DNA of 44,872 nt from Nemertoderma westbladi (taxonomy: Eukaryota; Animalia; Xenacoelomorpha). Numbering within the stretch: position 1 is the stretch's first letter; each line of letters opens with the position of its first letter. The stretch covers positions 1 through 44,872 of the forward strand of contig JAUCBJ010005721.1 of assembly GCA_032718475.1 (NCBI GenBank), in the 5' to 3' direction. Shown here piece after piece: positions 23,025 to 35,129 of this stretch. The notes beneath the pieces were generated by a model. It did not search any database, was not told the DNA's origin, and saw only the letters and a list, made by a program, of their open reading frames with translations. The translations under genes and the position numbers were made by a program.

Positions 23025-25363
23025 CCCTTTAAGTACCGATACCACAAATTTCTGAACATATGGTGCGCCGACCAAAATACCACCGGCAACAAATGGTTTT
23101 CATAGCGTATATTTTGACATAGAATCGGCAATATTGTACAACAATTATATACAATAGATATATAATATATTTTATATATATAATATATATATTTTTTATA
23201 TATAATATAATATATATTTTCGTAAAACAATGTAAGCAATTATTGAAGATTTATTAATAATACATTTGATAACATTATTATATTACAAACCGACATTTTT
23301 GTGCCATTCACCAGCACAACCAATACATAAACCGGGTTTATTTGGACAATCTGGGCAATAACACCGTGTAAGTACATTTTTACCTTTTGCATAGCAAACA
23401 CGACAACGATATCTAGGCTTATGAACCTTACTAGTTGGGGGTAGAAGTTTTATTGAATGCAGCATCGAATTGTCGGAATCTTGTGAAGTAGATTGTTGGT
23501 CTCTCAGGTAAGATGTTGCAGTACGCTTCAATAGGCTCGCATACTTGATACCAGTTAACCACAGGACTGCTTTCTTTATAAATGGAACCAATCGTTCTTT
23601 GCTGTTCTTTTCCCGTTTATAAAGAAGAAATGCATTGATTAGTAAACGCATCATAAAACTGAAACCAATTTTTTTAAACCATGCGTGGCTTTTTCTAACC
23701 GGATTGTAATACGCAATAAGTTGGTCTTGTACATCTACGCCTCCCATTTTCTTATTGTATTGGTCAATGGCCATTGGCTTATCATAATCGATAGTATCAC
23801 CTCCCCGAACAATGCGAGATTTAGGAGTCAGATCAGCGTCGTCGACAGTCGATAAAAAATACACATCCCTTTTGTCAGTAAATTTCACAATCAAAATATA
23901 ATCTTTCCTCATAAATTTAGATGAGATCGGCTGCTGAGCAAACGATTTCAAGGCCAGGCCAGGGGTACACCTCGGCTCGGTTAGGCCTGATTGTTCCCCT
24001 AAATCCAGTGTTATGTTCCAACAAGAACTCAGCTAATCGGATACTGCAGTACCAATTGTCAACATGGACAATGTGGCCTTTATCTAATAAATCTGAGCGC
24101 TGAAACAAGAGAGCTACAATATTTTCACTGTGAGATAATGGTGGTGTAGAAACAACCTGCGGTATTTCCGAGGATTTACCGTAATACACCATCGAGTTTA
24201 TCATGTATCCCTCGGAGTCACATAAGATAAAAAGTTTTATTCCAAACCTAGCACGTTTAGTGCGAATAAATACCTTGAATTTGAGTCTACCTTTGTGTAG
24301 TACGAGAGATTCATCTAAAGCTAAATTTACATCCGGTTTATAGATCTGACAATTTTTGTTCACAATATTTAAAAAATCGTTAATGCGTGTTTCTCTTTTA
24401 TCTGGTATAACATTGTCAGGATCTGCTAATCGCAAGAACTTGAGTATGTCTAGGTATCGATTTCTGCTCATCGACCCGGGATTCAAAAAGAATGGAGTTG
24501 ACATTAATTCGTCAGTCGCCCAATAAGATCGTATATCCGGTTTTCTTATTAGACCCATTTGCATGGTTAATCCATTAAACTTCTTCAACTCTAAAAGGCT
24601 TATATCCTTCCAAGTTCTAGAACTACTTGTACCGGTACTCCCAGCAACACCTGCTGCTGCAGCATCTAAAAAAAACTGTCTGGCCCGTTTATTTGTCCAG
24701 TCTTTGATAGCTTCGAATATTTCATCGGTTAGAAACAGCTTCATGTAGTCGATTGCGTCACTTTCATCTGTATCGATTCCTCCTACCCACCCAACCGTTC
24801 CAGTAAAAGGAATAAAGTGGTTCGTAGCATAGGCGTCGGTTCCTGCCTCCACAAAGTTCCACGTCGAAGTACTGGTGCTGGTATTACTAGAATCGCTACT
24901 GTCACTCTCGCTTCCACTGCTACTCTCATCATCGTCGGTTTCACCTTTATCTCCTCCGGATTCGCTTTCATTGCCACCAGTTTCACTTTCGTCCAATAGC
25001 ACCTCATCCTCACTTTCCCGGTGAAAACCATAATACTTGACAGGGTTCTTCCTCATAACTGGCCTACTCATCATAACTAGGCCTACTTAAAAAATTAATG
25101 AAAACGCCCCACAATTACTGAAGTAGAAGAGTGTCAGTACTGCAGTTGTAGGTGTGTTGTACCGGTTCATGAGCAGGAACATGACATCCAGACTTTTATT
25201 TAGGTATCAAATGAAAGCCTAATGCGCGGGCTATTCGAAATGAGTGATTATTTATGCGCTGTATCTACCTGGACCCGTAGAAACACATTAATGTCATGGA
25301 TCAACATCTGATCCATGGCGCACTATGTCATGGATCACCTGTTGATCCATGGGACTGAAAGGG
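23025..25363 (-). mobile_element. Full-length piggyBac DNA transposon
   Basis: Left end TTAA|CCCTTTAAGTACC; right end GGGACTGAAAGGG (11 of 13 inverted match). Right TTAA reduced to AA. Encloses a transposase. Confidence 0.9.
23283..25074 (-). pseudogene. piggyBac (PGBD4-like) transposase, frameshifted at about 23951-23980
   Basis: LALDES, VHVDNWY and MGGVDVQD catalytic aspartates, acidic N-terminus, C-terminal Cys-rich CRVC...CPDC...C..C...WH domain. Confidence 0.92.
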
Positions 25364-25445
25364 AACCTTTCTGGGATTCACCTACCAGGTATTCCCCATT
25401 AAAACTTATATATATAGGCCCCCACCTTTTCCTGTTAGTTGTCAG

Positions 25446-25492
25446 TACATAGTCTGATGCAGACCAGTAGGTCGAAAACGTTTACTATTGTA
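25446..25492 (+). ncRNA. Minimal type I hammerhead-ribozyme-like motif (core variant) in a Penelope pLTR-like segment
   Basis: tacatagt-CTGATG(c)A-GACC agta GGTC-GAAA-ACGTTT-actattgta: stems I and II pair, stem III is the short palindrome AACGTT, and a TATA-like run lies upstream. Confidence 0.6.
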
Positions 25493-25593
25493 TCTTTAAT
25501 TAATATAATATGACCACCTAAAGACCCACAATACTTTATATATTTTTTCTATCATCTATACACCAGCATCTATGAGGGTCTTCGGCAAATTCG

Positions 25594-26335
25594 TTAACCC
25601 TATTAAACCCGGGGGGGGGGGGGTCTATATGACCCCCCCGTGGTTTTTTGTTATAACTCTGAAACAAACGCATAGTAGGGAATCTGAAAGTTTATGACTT
25701 TTCCTAAAAATCTATTGTCTTCCTAATAGTGAAATCTGTTTTCAAAAATATTGGGAAGTTTTCGAGTTATAGCACCATTTTTTAACCCTAATTTTGGCAC
25801 TATTTTGAGACGTTTTTTGAAAATTACATTTTATGAAATATTATTTGTAACATCTCTATTTTTTATTTACCCCTATTTTTTGGTATTCGCGATTAGATGG
25901 AATTCATATAAATTAATTTAGAAATTTCAAACTGTTTTTTTTTCGGCTGGTGCCAATATTTTGAGATCATTTTGAAAATTCAATCAATAGTTAAATTGCT
26001 TGTGACAACTTATTTCTCGCGTTTTAGAGGTTTATGGCGGTTCTGAATTCAATGGAATAAATAATTATCTAACTTGACATCTCAAACTTGTATTTTTCTG
26101 AGATAGGTGCAAAATGTAGTGCTAGCACCAAATTTTGAAAACCATCAAATATATCAATTGACTGTGTTACCTTGTTTCTTGTGTTATACGGGTTTGTGAG
26201 GGTTTTGAATTCAATGGAATAAGTAAGAATTGCATAAGAGTTTTCCAAACTTGTATTTTTCGCCAGTGGGTGAAAATTATTATGCCAGCACCAAATTATT
26301 GAAAATAAGCAAATTGATCAATAGATAGTATCATC
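25594..26335. mobile_element. One end of a probable non-autonomous TTAA-type DNA element with diverged ~160-bp internal repeats
   Basis: TTAA|CCCTATTAAACCC-G(n)...C(n) terminus. gaattcaatggaataa...caaacttgtatttt...agcaccaaatt recurs at about 26045 and 26207. Confidence 0.45.
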
Positions 26336-26487
26336 CTGTTGGTGATCTAAGTATAATAATATATACATATACAATCTGTATCCTAATACAGATTGCTGTA
26401 CACTGCTGTACTACTGCTGTACCTACTGCTGTACCTACTGCTGTACTGTAATATCTGCTGTCAGGCTGTGGTTTTCGAGGCGTGGTA

Positions 26488-27900
26488 TGGCCTCAGTTTC
26501 CACCTCTGCTGCGATTTATACTAAGAAGCACTGTCTTCATATATAGAATGACGTTTTGGCGTATCTTTGGACATCTCACATTAAGGGTTACACGAGAGAA
26601 AGCACTGTGTCTATCGTCCAATCATGGCTGAAGTTTTCAGACGCTACTCTTAAAGAGGCTAAGCAGGTTATTATTAATCTGATCCCTACATCTGATAGAA
26701 ACAAGGCGAAACAGGGGTTGGTCAAATCTCGACAAAGTGGCGATTCTCTGCGGCGTCTATTAATTCAAGATATTCTGGATATCTTCAATTACCCAGGGTA
26801 TGTTGAAGCAAACAGCTCGGAAGAGCTTGTAACTTCCAAGCTTCAAGTTTATTCCAAGCGATATTATGGTCCTTCCGCCATTTTCCCTGTGCGAGTCAGA
26901 TACTGCGCTGCTTCTGCACATGGTGAGCCGTCTTCAGGATCGTTTTGCGATCGTAGAGGGAATCTGTATTCCGCAGAACCCATTGGTTCCTATGACAATG
27001 GCCTCGACGAAGACGAACAGTTTGATCGGTCCACTTGCCAATAATAGGCAGAAAGCGTACTCGGATGCTGCCTGTAGTGGGGGACCAGTGGGTGCACCTC
27101 GTAAACGTTACACCTGACGTCATTGTCTGTCCCACGGACGACGATTCCAATAATGGTTTCATAGTTGTTGGCCATGATGGGCACCATCGCCCAACTAAAC
27201 ACCCAAGGGCGGCTGCTGGTTCTACTACTACTACTACTAGGATTGGCATGCTGTATTGCAGCTGCATTTTTAAAAATGCTGTGCCGGCTTGTCGACAAAA
27301 TTGCGCCGCCACAACTCCCTATCACCCATGACATTTGCTAGATCATCCGCAACTTCAAGGTCAGTGTCCTTTAAGATGCGTCTCAAGAAAGTCATGGGCT
27401 GTCCACCATGCTTTTTCACTTCATGAGGCTGCCAAAGTACTAGATTATGCACTGGCTAGTCCTCACAGCGAAAGCAATGTCTTGCAAAGCGGAAGCTGGT
27501 ACTCCTGTGTAGCTGGTACTATTGTATCTGCAAAATCGGGACCATTTCACAACCAGCAACTCTCAAGAAAGTATAATCGCAGGAAATTCGTACAGGGTTC
27601 TTCTCAGACTAAGGCATTTCCTACTTTTCAACCCATAAGGAAGCTCTACCTTACTGGGTGTGGACCAGATGTAGAGGCATCTGTTATCGAGAAGTACATC
27701 AAGGAATCATTTGATTTTTCCATCACCACTGAGCGCATTAACCAGGAGAGTAACCAACCTCGTTTATTCTCAGCTGTTCTAACGACACTGATTGTGATCG
27801 ACTTATGGATGGTTCCTTATGGAATGCAAGAATTAATAAATATTTCCCACCCATGTCTTCTGGTAGTAGGGAAGGCCGGGTCTCAGAGAGAGTTTCAGAT
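26488..27900 (+). pseudogene. Decayed ORF1-like sequence of a CR1/L2-type LINE
   Basis: NDVLAYL...FSDATLKEAKQVI...DILDIF N-terminal block and RKLYLTGCGPDVEASVIEKYI C-terminal block. Short ctactgctgtac repeats upstream. No ORF2 follows. Confidence 0.5.
27224..27494 (-). mobile_element. 5'-truncated RTE copy with (TAG)n tail and imperfect 9-bp target-site duplication
   Basis: Reverse complement matches about 17065-17330. Flanks are gctggttct (27215-27223) and gctggtact (27495-27503). Confidence 0.85.
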
Positions 27901-28855
27901 GGAGCTTCGGATACATCTGCTAATATTTAACTGCATTTATCATCTCGATATGCCCAGTTGGTTTCTTTATAATTACATATACTTGTTTTTATAAGTTTCC
28001 TTCATTTGCAATTCACTTGTAGATATATATTTTCCGGTATATGATATATACCCAGACGGATGAGGTTTGAGGCAGATGAGAATAAACGGCTGCGAATATG
28101 TGGGCGACACACCCACCAGAGAAAGAATAGACTATACCAATTCTACACAGGGTTGAGTGAGATGTACATACTGCCACAAGACGTGCCACACCGGAATTAC
28201 AACACAGGTGTGAGAAGTCTAAGTTCCGCGGACATAATGAGGGTCGCTGTGACGGGATGAGCGATGAAGACAAATTCTGTCGATTTGAGGATTGGGGAAA
28301 AGTGGGCACGATGACGATGCAGTGGATGAAGGCTCATGATTTTCACTGGGGGTTCTTCAACCTCAATCAAAATATACATCATCAGTTTATCCACCGAAAG
28401 TTACTGTTTACCTACCAGGAAGTGCTAACAGCAGCATCACGGGGAGGGGTCACCAACTCTCAGCAGTATCTGGATAGGTGGACAGAGGAAGGGAAGGCAG
28501 AGTTCAGGAGATTCTTAATCATTAACATTCCCCAAACAATGAAGAACATTATCTGGGATACGACCAGAGGTAAAGAGGGACATGCGACTGGACTGCTAAC
28601 TAAATGATACAGACAAGCAATTACGGCCCCACCCAGGGAACCAATTACAGGGATTGGGAGAGTCATGGCGGCATGCACAGCAGCGCTGAAGAATCAGTGG
28701 GAATATAGAAAACACCCGAGACAGAAAGATGACAGGGGGAAGGAGTTGCGATGGTTCCCAGAGGGGATGGGAGGAGAACCTAAGAACACTGACAGCAGGT
28801 AACATCAGTGCGCCTAGAAGGCACCATCAGAACAGTAGACTTATATTACTAGGAC

Positions 28856-29088
28856 ATTCATACCTTAAATTCAAATTAATCAATTATCAAATGCAATCAA
28901 TGAGTGCAATAAACTCAATATCATTACGTAGTTAATTTAATCGAAATTATGTATGTAAATACATACATAATTTGTATGTATGTAAATACATACATAATTT
29001 CGATTAAATTAACTACGTAATGATATTGAGTTTATTGCACTCATTGATTGCACTTGATAATTGATTAATTTGAATTTAAGGTATGAAT
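28856..29088. repeat. 233-bp AT-rich near-perfect palindrome
   Basis: 102-bp arms (28856-28957 and 28987-29088), one mismatch seen, and a tandemly duplicated hairpin tip. Confidence 0.95.
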
Positions 29089-31315
29089 AAAGTAATTAAG
29101 TACAATATTATAAAGTCAGACATGACCATTCTCAATTAGCTACTGGGATGGGGGCTCACTGACTGAAACAGGAGGGCGAGTTGATGAACGGGACCCACTT
29201 TATCACATATGAAGTGCTCATATGTGAGACTGTGAGAACCCAAGGAGAGTAGGGGAGTATACTAGAGTAGAGTGACGAGGTGTATGAGGGCATCTGAGGG
29301 AGTATGAGGAATCGAGTGGTGAGGAGTGCAGCATCCGGGAAGTGTAGGGAGCGAGTCGGACTGACAATCCACCTCAGTGAGTAGAGGCCAGTAAGGCCAA
29401 AGGGAGGCAGGATTATGGCGTGATAAGTTAACCAATGGGGGGGGGGGGGGGGGGGGGTGTATCTGGCAGTCTAGGTGTATCGATCATTGTAGGCAGGCCA
29501 ATGAAATAAATGTGTTAGGCTATAGGCAATATATTTTCCCCCCTTTATATTAACGGTCATGCGTATTGTGTGGTTTATTTGGCATTTACTCAGTGTTGGA
29601 CACTGTACAAGTTATTACCATCGTCGCGTTATTATTACACTATACTTTCTGTGCTGTAATCATTATCTGATAAACTATATTCTGTTGAGCATATTAATAT
29701 TATTGAACTCCAGAAACTCTGCCTTTATGAGGCCTATGGCCATTCAGTATTCCCAGGGGCGACAAGTAGGAAACGCACCACTACCACACTAAAGTTGATC
29801 AGTCTGGATCCCCAGCCAATCAGGATCCAGTCACAGAACCCATAGTCATTATTTGTCCTTGGTATTTAGATATTTCCTGTTCTATAATAATTAATAATTT
29901 GAACGGCAGTAGTCCTACTGCGTTTCTAATAATTTTGTTATTCGTATATTGATGTAGATTTTCATATACTCATCTCCAAAAATCGTAATATCGTGCCCAT
30001 TGATCCTGCAATATTCTGCGAGTAGTAGAGGACAGTCATGAGTTACAACAGTATGGTCCATACCATGATTACCCATACTCATCTCCGAAAACTCTCTGGG
30101 GTGGAGGCTACCCTCCTCCATTTCTTCCCCCATCTCTGATCTCACAGTCTTCGAACCAGAACCAGATATCCTCATGGGTGCTTCCTTGTCTGAACTGTTG
30201 GATAGTCATTCATATTCCCTCTTCGAGTGGTTATAATATGACAAGTTTTGCAGGAGTACAAAGTATCCAGCTGCCTATGTGATCTGTCTTGGCACTCGTA
30301 TCCTTTCACACTAGTCATAGACACGTTCATGGGGCCATCGCGCAGGACAAGGGTCAGTTATTAGATACAGACTAAAATTGAGCAATTCTATCCCAAAATC
30401 GGCACTTAAGAAATTTAAATAAATAATTAAGAAATTTTAACCAAACTTTTACTTTAAAAAAAACTTTCGCATTGGCAGCGTAGCATCGATGTCATAGAAG
30501 TCCACAGTCAAACTGCTCAAAAAATTCAATGCATTCTCAGTCCTCGGGTCTCGCTCATTGGTTAGTCCAGTTTACCCGTAGCGCTAGTGCAGTAGTGATA
30601 CCAAATGTCGAGGTCGCCAACGACACTGCGACAGAGAGCAGAGGCAGTGGCCTTGGTGGCGAGTTTTTGAGTACTGGTACAATTCCAAAACGTTGCTGGG
30701 TATTGCAGTATTGGGCTGTTGGGGTACCTAGTGCAGTAATGGATACTGGAACATGGAATAAAGGTTAGCTGGTACAACCTGACAATATGTCAGTCTGTCT
30801 TAAGTCCGCATAATATCAAAACTTCCTGCATGGTTGTCATTGCCGAGCCAATTGGTGGGTGGGGCCAACAACCTGAAGACGGTACTGGTAACTCTGTACC
30901 ACTGCAACAGTACCGGTACCGTACTGTAAAACACAGGCCTATGCTTAGGCCTAATAAGATTAAGGTACCATACCGTACCGGTACATGATATGGCTGCATA
31001 GTCGCGATATTGCAATTCAGACATCACTCAGGCAGGCAATTGCAGGACTCCCTACAAAACTGCACGTACCAATACTCAGATAATGCAGTACTGCAGTAGC
31101 AGTACCACACTGACAACCTGACAACCAGCCTAGAAAGCTGGGCCTACCACATACAACTTCAAGTACATATACACAGGCCTACTGCTGTACTGACTGGTTG
31201 AATGTCTGACTGCCTAACTGGCCATGAGAATGCTGAGGCCTAATACATGATTCCAATTATTATCAATATATTATCAATTATTATCAATTATTAGTATAGT
31301 TAATGGTGGCGAGTT

Positions 31316-34300
31316 ATGTCCACCTGCTGCAGTTGCAATTCCAGGTCTGGACGTTGCGTCAAATGTATATGCGTGAAGGCGAAATGGTTGTGTCTAAACT
31401 GTGGTCCCGGGGAAAAGGGGAACTGTAATAACCGGGGTCAACCTGGGGTACTTCTACTGGTAACACTGGTAACCGATCCTCGACATACTCTACCCCAGTC
31501 ACAACATCTTCCGACCCAGGATAGCCCCACTGTGGCGGCCCCATTCTTCCACTCACAGAACGGGGGCCAATTATCCGCCACAATGAGCGACATGAGTGGC
31601 GATGTGTCGACTATGGTTGACCTGGATGTCACCTTGGTGGTGTCCGGCTCCCAGCCACCCGATCCCCCCTCAACTACAGCTGAAACATCAACTGTTCCCC
31701 CGACATCTCTAGACCTCTACCATATTCAGGCTTCCAGTCAGAGTCCTACTAGCATTTTTACTAGTTCGTCAGATGCTCATATTAGAACTAGCCAGCCCCC
31801 TACAGCCGTGGGTCAGTCACCTACAGCAGCGGGTCAGTCACCTACAGCCATGGGTCAGTTACCTACAGCCGCGGGTCAGTCTACAGCCGTGGGTCAGTAA
31901 CCTACAGCCACGGGTCAGTCACCTACAACTACGGGTCAGTCACCTACAGTTGTGGGTGGTCAGTCACCTACAGTTGCGGGACAGTCACCTACAGCCATGG
32001 GTCAGTCACCTACAGTCGCGGGTGGTCAGTCACCTACAGTCGCGGGTCAGTCACCGATAGTCGCGGGTGGTCAGTCACCTACAGCCGCGGGTCAGTCACC
32101 TACAGCCAGGGCTCAGTCACCTACAGCCGCGGGTCAGTCTACAGCCGTGGGTCAGTAACCTACAGCCACGGGTCAGTCACCTACAACTGCGGGTCAGTCA
32201 CCTACAGTCGTGGGTGGTCAGTCACCTACAGTTGCGGGTCAGTCACCTACAGCCACGGGTCAGTCACCTACAGTCGCGGGTGGTCAGTCACCTACAGCTG
32301 TGGGTCAATCACCGATAGTCGCGGGTGGTCAGTCACCTACAGCCGCGGGTCAGTCACCTACAGCCAGGGGTCAGTCACCTACAGCCGCGGGTCAGTCTAC
32401 AGCCATGGGTCAGTTACCTACAGCCGCGGGTCAGTCTACAGCCGTGGGTCAGTAACCTACAGCCACGGGTCAGTCACCTACAGCTGCGGGTCAGTCACCT
32501 ACAGTCGTGGGTGGTCAGTCACCTACAGTTGCGGGTCAGTCACCTACAGCCACGGGTCAGTCACCTACAGCTGCGTGTCAGTCACCGATAGTCGCGGGTG
32601 GTCAGTCACCTACAGCCGCGGGTCAGTCACCTACAGCCAGGGGTCAGTCACCTACAGCCGTGGGTCAGTCACCTACTGCCGCGGATCAGCCCCCTACAGT
32701 CGTGGGTCAGTCGTCCATCCCAACTCACACTGTATCTTGGTGTAATATAACTCTACCAGTCCAGGAGATCTCTAGTTCCCTAGAGAAGGTGTACAACACT
32801 ATCATACGGCCCATCGTATGACCCAACCTATTTTTAGTTCCTATGGGCACTGGAGGTATAGAGAGTTGGTCTCCGAGTATACCTGGTTGGTTAAACTGTT
32901 TACATCAGGATCAGAGTTACAGGAGATCGCCCTTTATGCACTGATGTGCATACCAGCGCTCCTGTTACAGAAACCGAGTAGGTCGTCCAACGCAGCGACC
33001 CACAGGAGATTCTGGAACGTCATCTGTGTGATTGGCAGGCTGGTCGATTCCTACAGCTGTCGGTGGAAGCGAGGGCCATCCAAAAACACCTACCAATGTC
33101 CTGGGTAAAGAAATCAGACACCGAGGCGATCCGGCTGACATAGTTGACATGGCGAAAAGGATTAGTCAGGATGTGCTGCCCTCTGGCGTGATGTCGGCGC
33201 TCCTCTCCTGTCGGCTGTTGGCGCTCGATAAGTGCCCCGGAGTTCGTCCGATCGGCATCGGTGAGGTTCTACGGAGGGTTATCGGGAAGGTGGCGATGCG
33301 GTGCTTCACAGAGGATCTTCAGAGTGTTGCTGGGTCGACTCAGCTGTGTATGGGCCAGAAAGCTGGCATATAATATGACATACACAGTCTGAATGAGATG
33401 TTCTCCGAGGACGACTGCGAGGCCGTCCTCCAGATCGATGCTACCAACGCATTCAACTCGCTGAACCACGCCGCCATCATCCGGAACATCCACCACGTCT
33501 GTCCCGCCCTACACACCATCATAACGAACTGTTACAGTGAACCAACGCGACTGTTTGTAGGGGGGGAGACGATCTACTCCAGGGAGGGGTCGACCCAGGG
33601 GGACCCAGCAGCAATGCCGATGTTCTCCGCTGGGACGAGGCCCCTGCTATCGGAGATTGCTGCCGACTGCTCGGTGAACCAGAAATGGTTCGCTGATGAT
33701 GGCAATGTGGCGGGTGCCCTCCGGGAACTAACGAAGATGTGGGATGTGGTGGTAACGCGTGGTCCACTGCATGGGTACTACCCATCCAAGTGCCACCTGA
33801 CGGTGAAGCCGGTGAAACTGGTGGAAGCGGAGGAGATATTCGCAGGAACCAGGATCGCCATCTCCACAGCAGGAAACAAACTCCTCGGCGGTGTGGTGGG
33901 GTCTGACGAGTACCTCCAGGCCTACATCACCTCCAAGGTCGAGGAGTTTGTCGCCGAGGTCGACCGACTCAGCGACATCGCCAGCATCGACCCCCACTGC
34001 GCCTACTCTAACCTGGTGCTGGGGTTTTCCTGTCACTGGCGGATCCTCGCGAGGGTGGTCCTGGATGCCGCCCTCCACTTCGACAACCTTGAGGGTGCAG
34101 TTCTGCGATGTCTTTGCAAGATCGCTGACCGCTCATCGTTCCCAGACAACGAACACCAGCTCCTCTCTCTACCCATAAGGAACGGCGGTTTGGGTATCCC
34201 TCCCCCCTCAGACCTCACCAACCAGTTCGCAAACTCCTGCCGGGTCTGCGAACCACTAGAGGGGGTGACAGCAGAGACCATGTCAAACGTCAGGGAGGAT

Positions 34301-35129
34301 CAGAACCATATCACTAATCTGATAAAGGCTGAATCCTTCGTGGCATCTAAGACCAAAATAACAGAATGTCATGGTCTGCTGTCGGAGTCCCAACAGAATC
34401 TGAGGGAGCTGGTGTCGGAACTCGAAACCGGTCACCCTTCACAAAACTCACTTGTCTAACGAAGAGTTCCGCAATGCTCTGTGTCTGCGCTACGGCTGGC
34501 AACCGAAGTCGCTTCCATGTCGTTGTTTCTGTGGGGAACGATTTTCCCCTTAACATGTCCTGTCGTGCCCCACCGGGGGTTATCCCTCGATACGGCACAA
34601 AGAGATACGCGATTTCGTTGTTGATGCTCTAACCGAAGTAGCCCACAACGTCGTGGTAGAGCCAACACTCCAGCCTCTGACAGGTGAGGATTTCACCCAC
34701 AGATCCACCTCCACAGAAGATCAGGCGAGGTTGGACGTCTCTGTCAGCAGGTTCTGGGGTGGCTGGTTCGAGAAGTCCTACTTTGACATCTCGGTGTACA
34801 ACCCTCTAGCGGCAACCAACGCCGCCATGGCCACCGAGGGTGCTTATTTCCACCACAAAGAGTGGAAACGCTTGAAGTACAAGGAGCGCATCTGAGAGGT
34901 CGCACTGTCGTTGTTTGTGGCGCTGATACTGTCAGCCTTTGGCGGTACGGCACTAGCGATGCCACAGTTCATTAAGCGTTTATTGTTTAAACTCTTGGAT
35001 CGTCGCGACCTCTGCTACTCTGAATGTATCTGCTGGACGCGGAGGAAGATAAGCTTCGCGCTTCTCCGCTCCAGTATGATGTGTCTCCGTGGAGCGAGAT
35101 CCGCCACCAAATGCCCCATTTACCATTAG
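31316..35129 (+). mobile_element. Near full-length degenerate CRE-clade non-LTR retrotransposon (Cys-rich N-terminus, RT, zinc knuckle, RLE)
   Basis: LLALDKCPGVRPIGIGEVLRR, IDATNAFNSLN, EGSTQGDP, WFADD, LSLPIRNGGLGI, C.CG...H.LSC, EPTLQPLTGE..ARLDV..FW..FDI.VYNP and ISFALLRS..MCLRGAR. Contains stops, frameshifts and an internal deletion near 33100. Confidence 0.88.
31790..32710 (+). repeat. Coding minisatellite, 21-bp unit GGTCAGTCACCTACAGCCGCG (GQSPTAA) with 18- and 24-bp variants
   Basis: About 40 units are directly visible, and every length variant is a multiple of 3. Confidence 0.97.

Noticed and set aside
30440-30720. Possible hAT transposase C-terminal relic on the minus strand
   Set aside because: The resemblance is faint, and no TIR or catalytic motif could be confirmed.
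31790-32710. CRISPR-like or regularly interspaced array
   Set aside because: Units are contiguous with no unique spacers, no cas genes are present, and the context is a eukaryotic retrotransposon.
33519-34668. Multiple overlapping and antisense ORFs within the CRE-like RT
   Set aside because: Expected shadow ORFs of GC-rich coding sequence, with no motifs.
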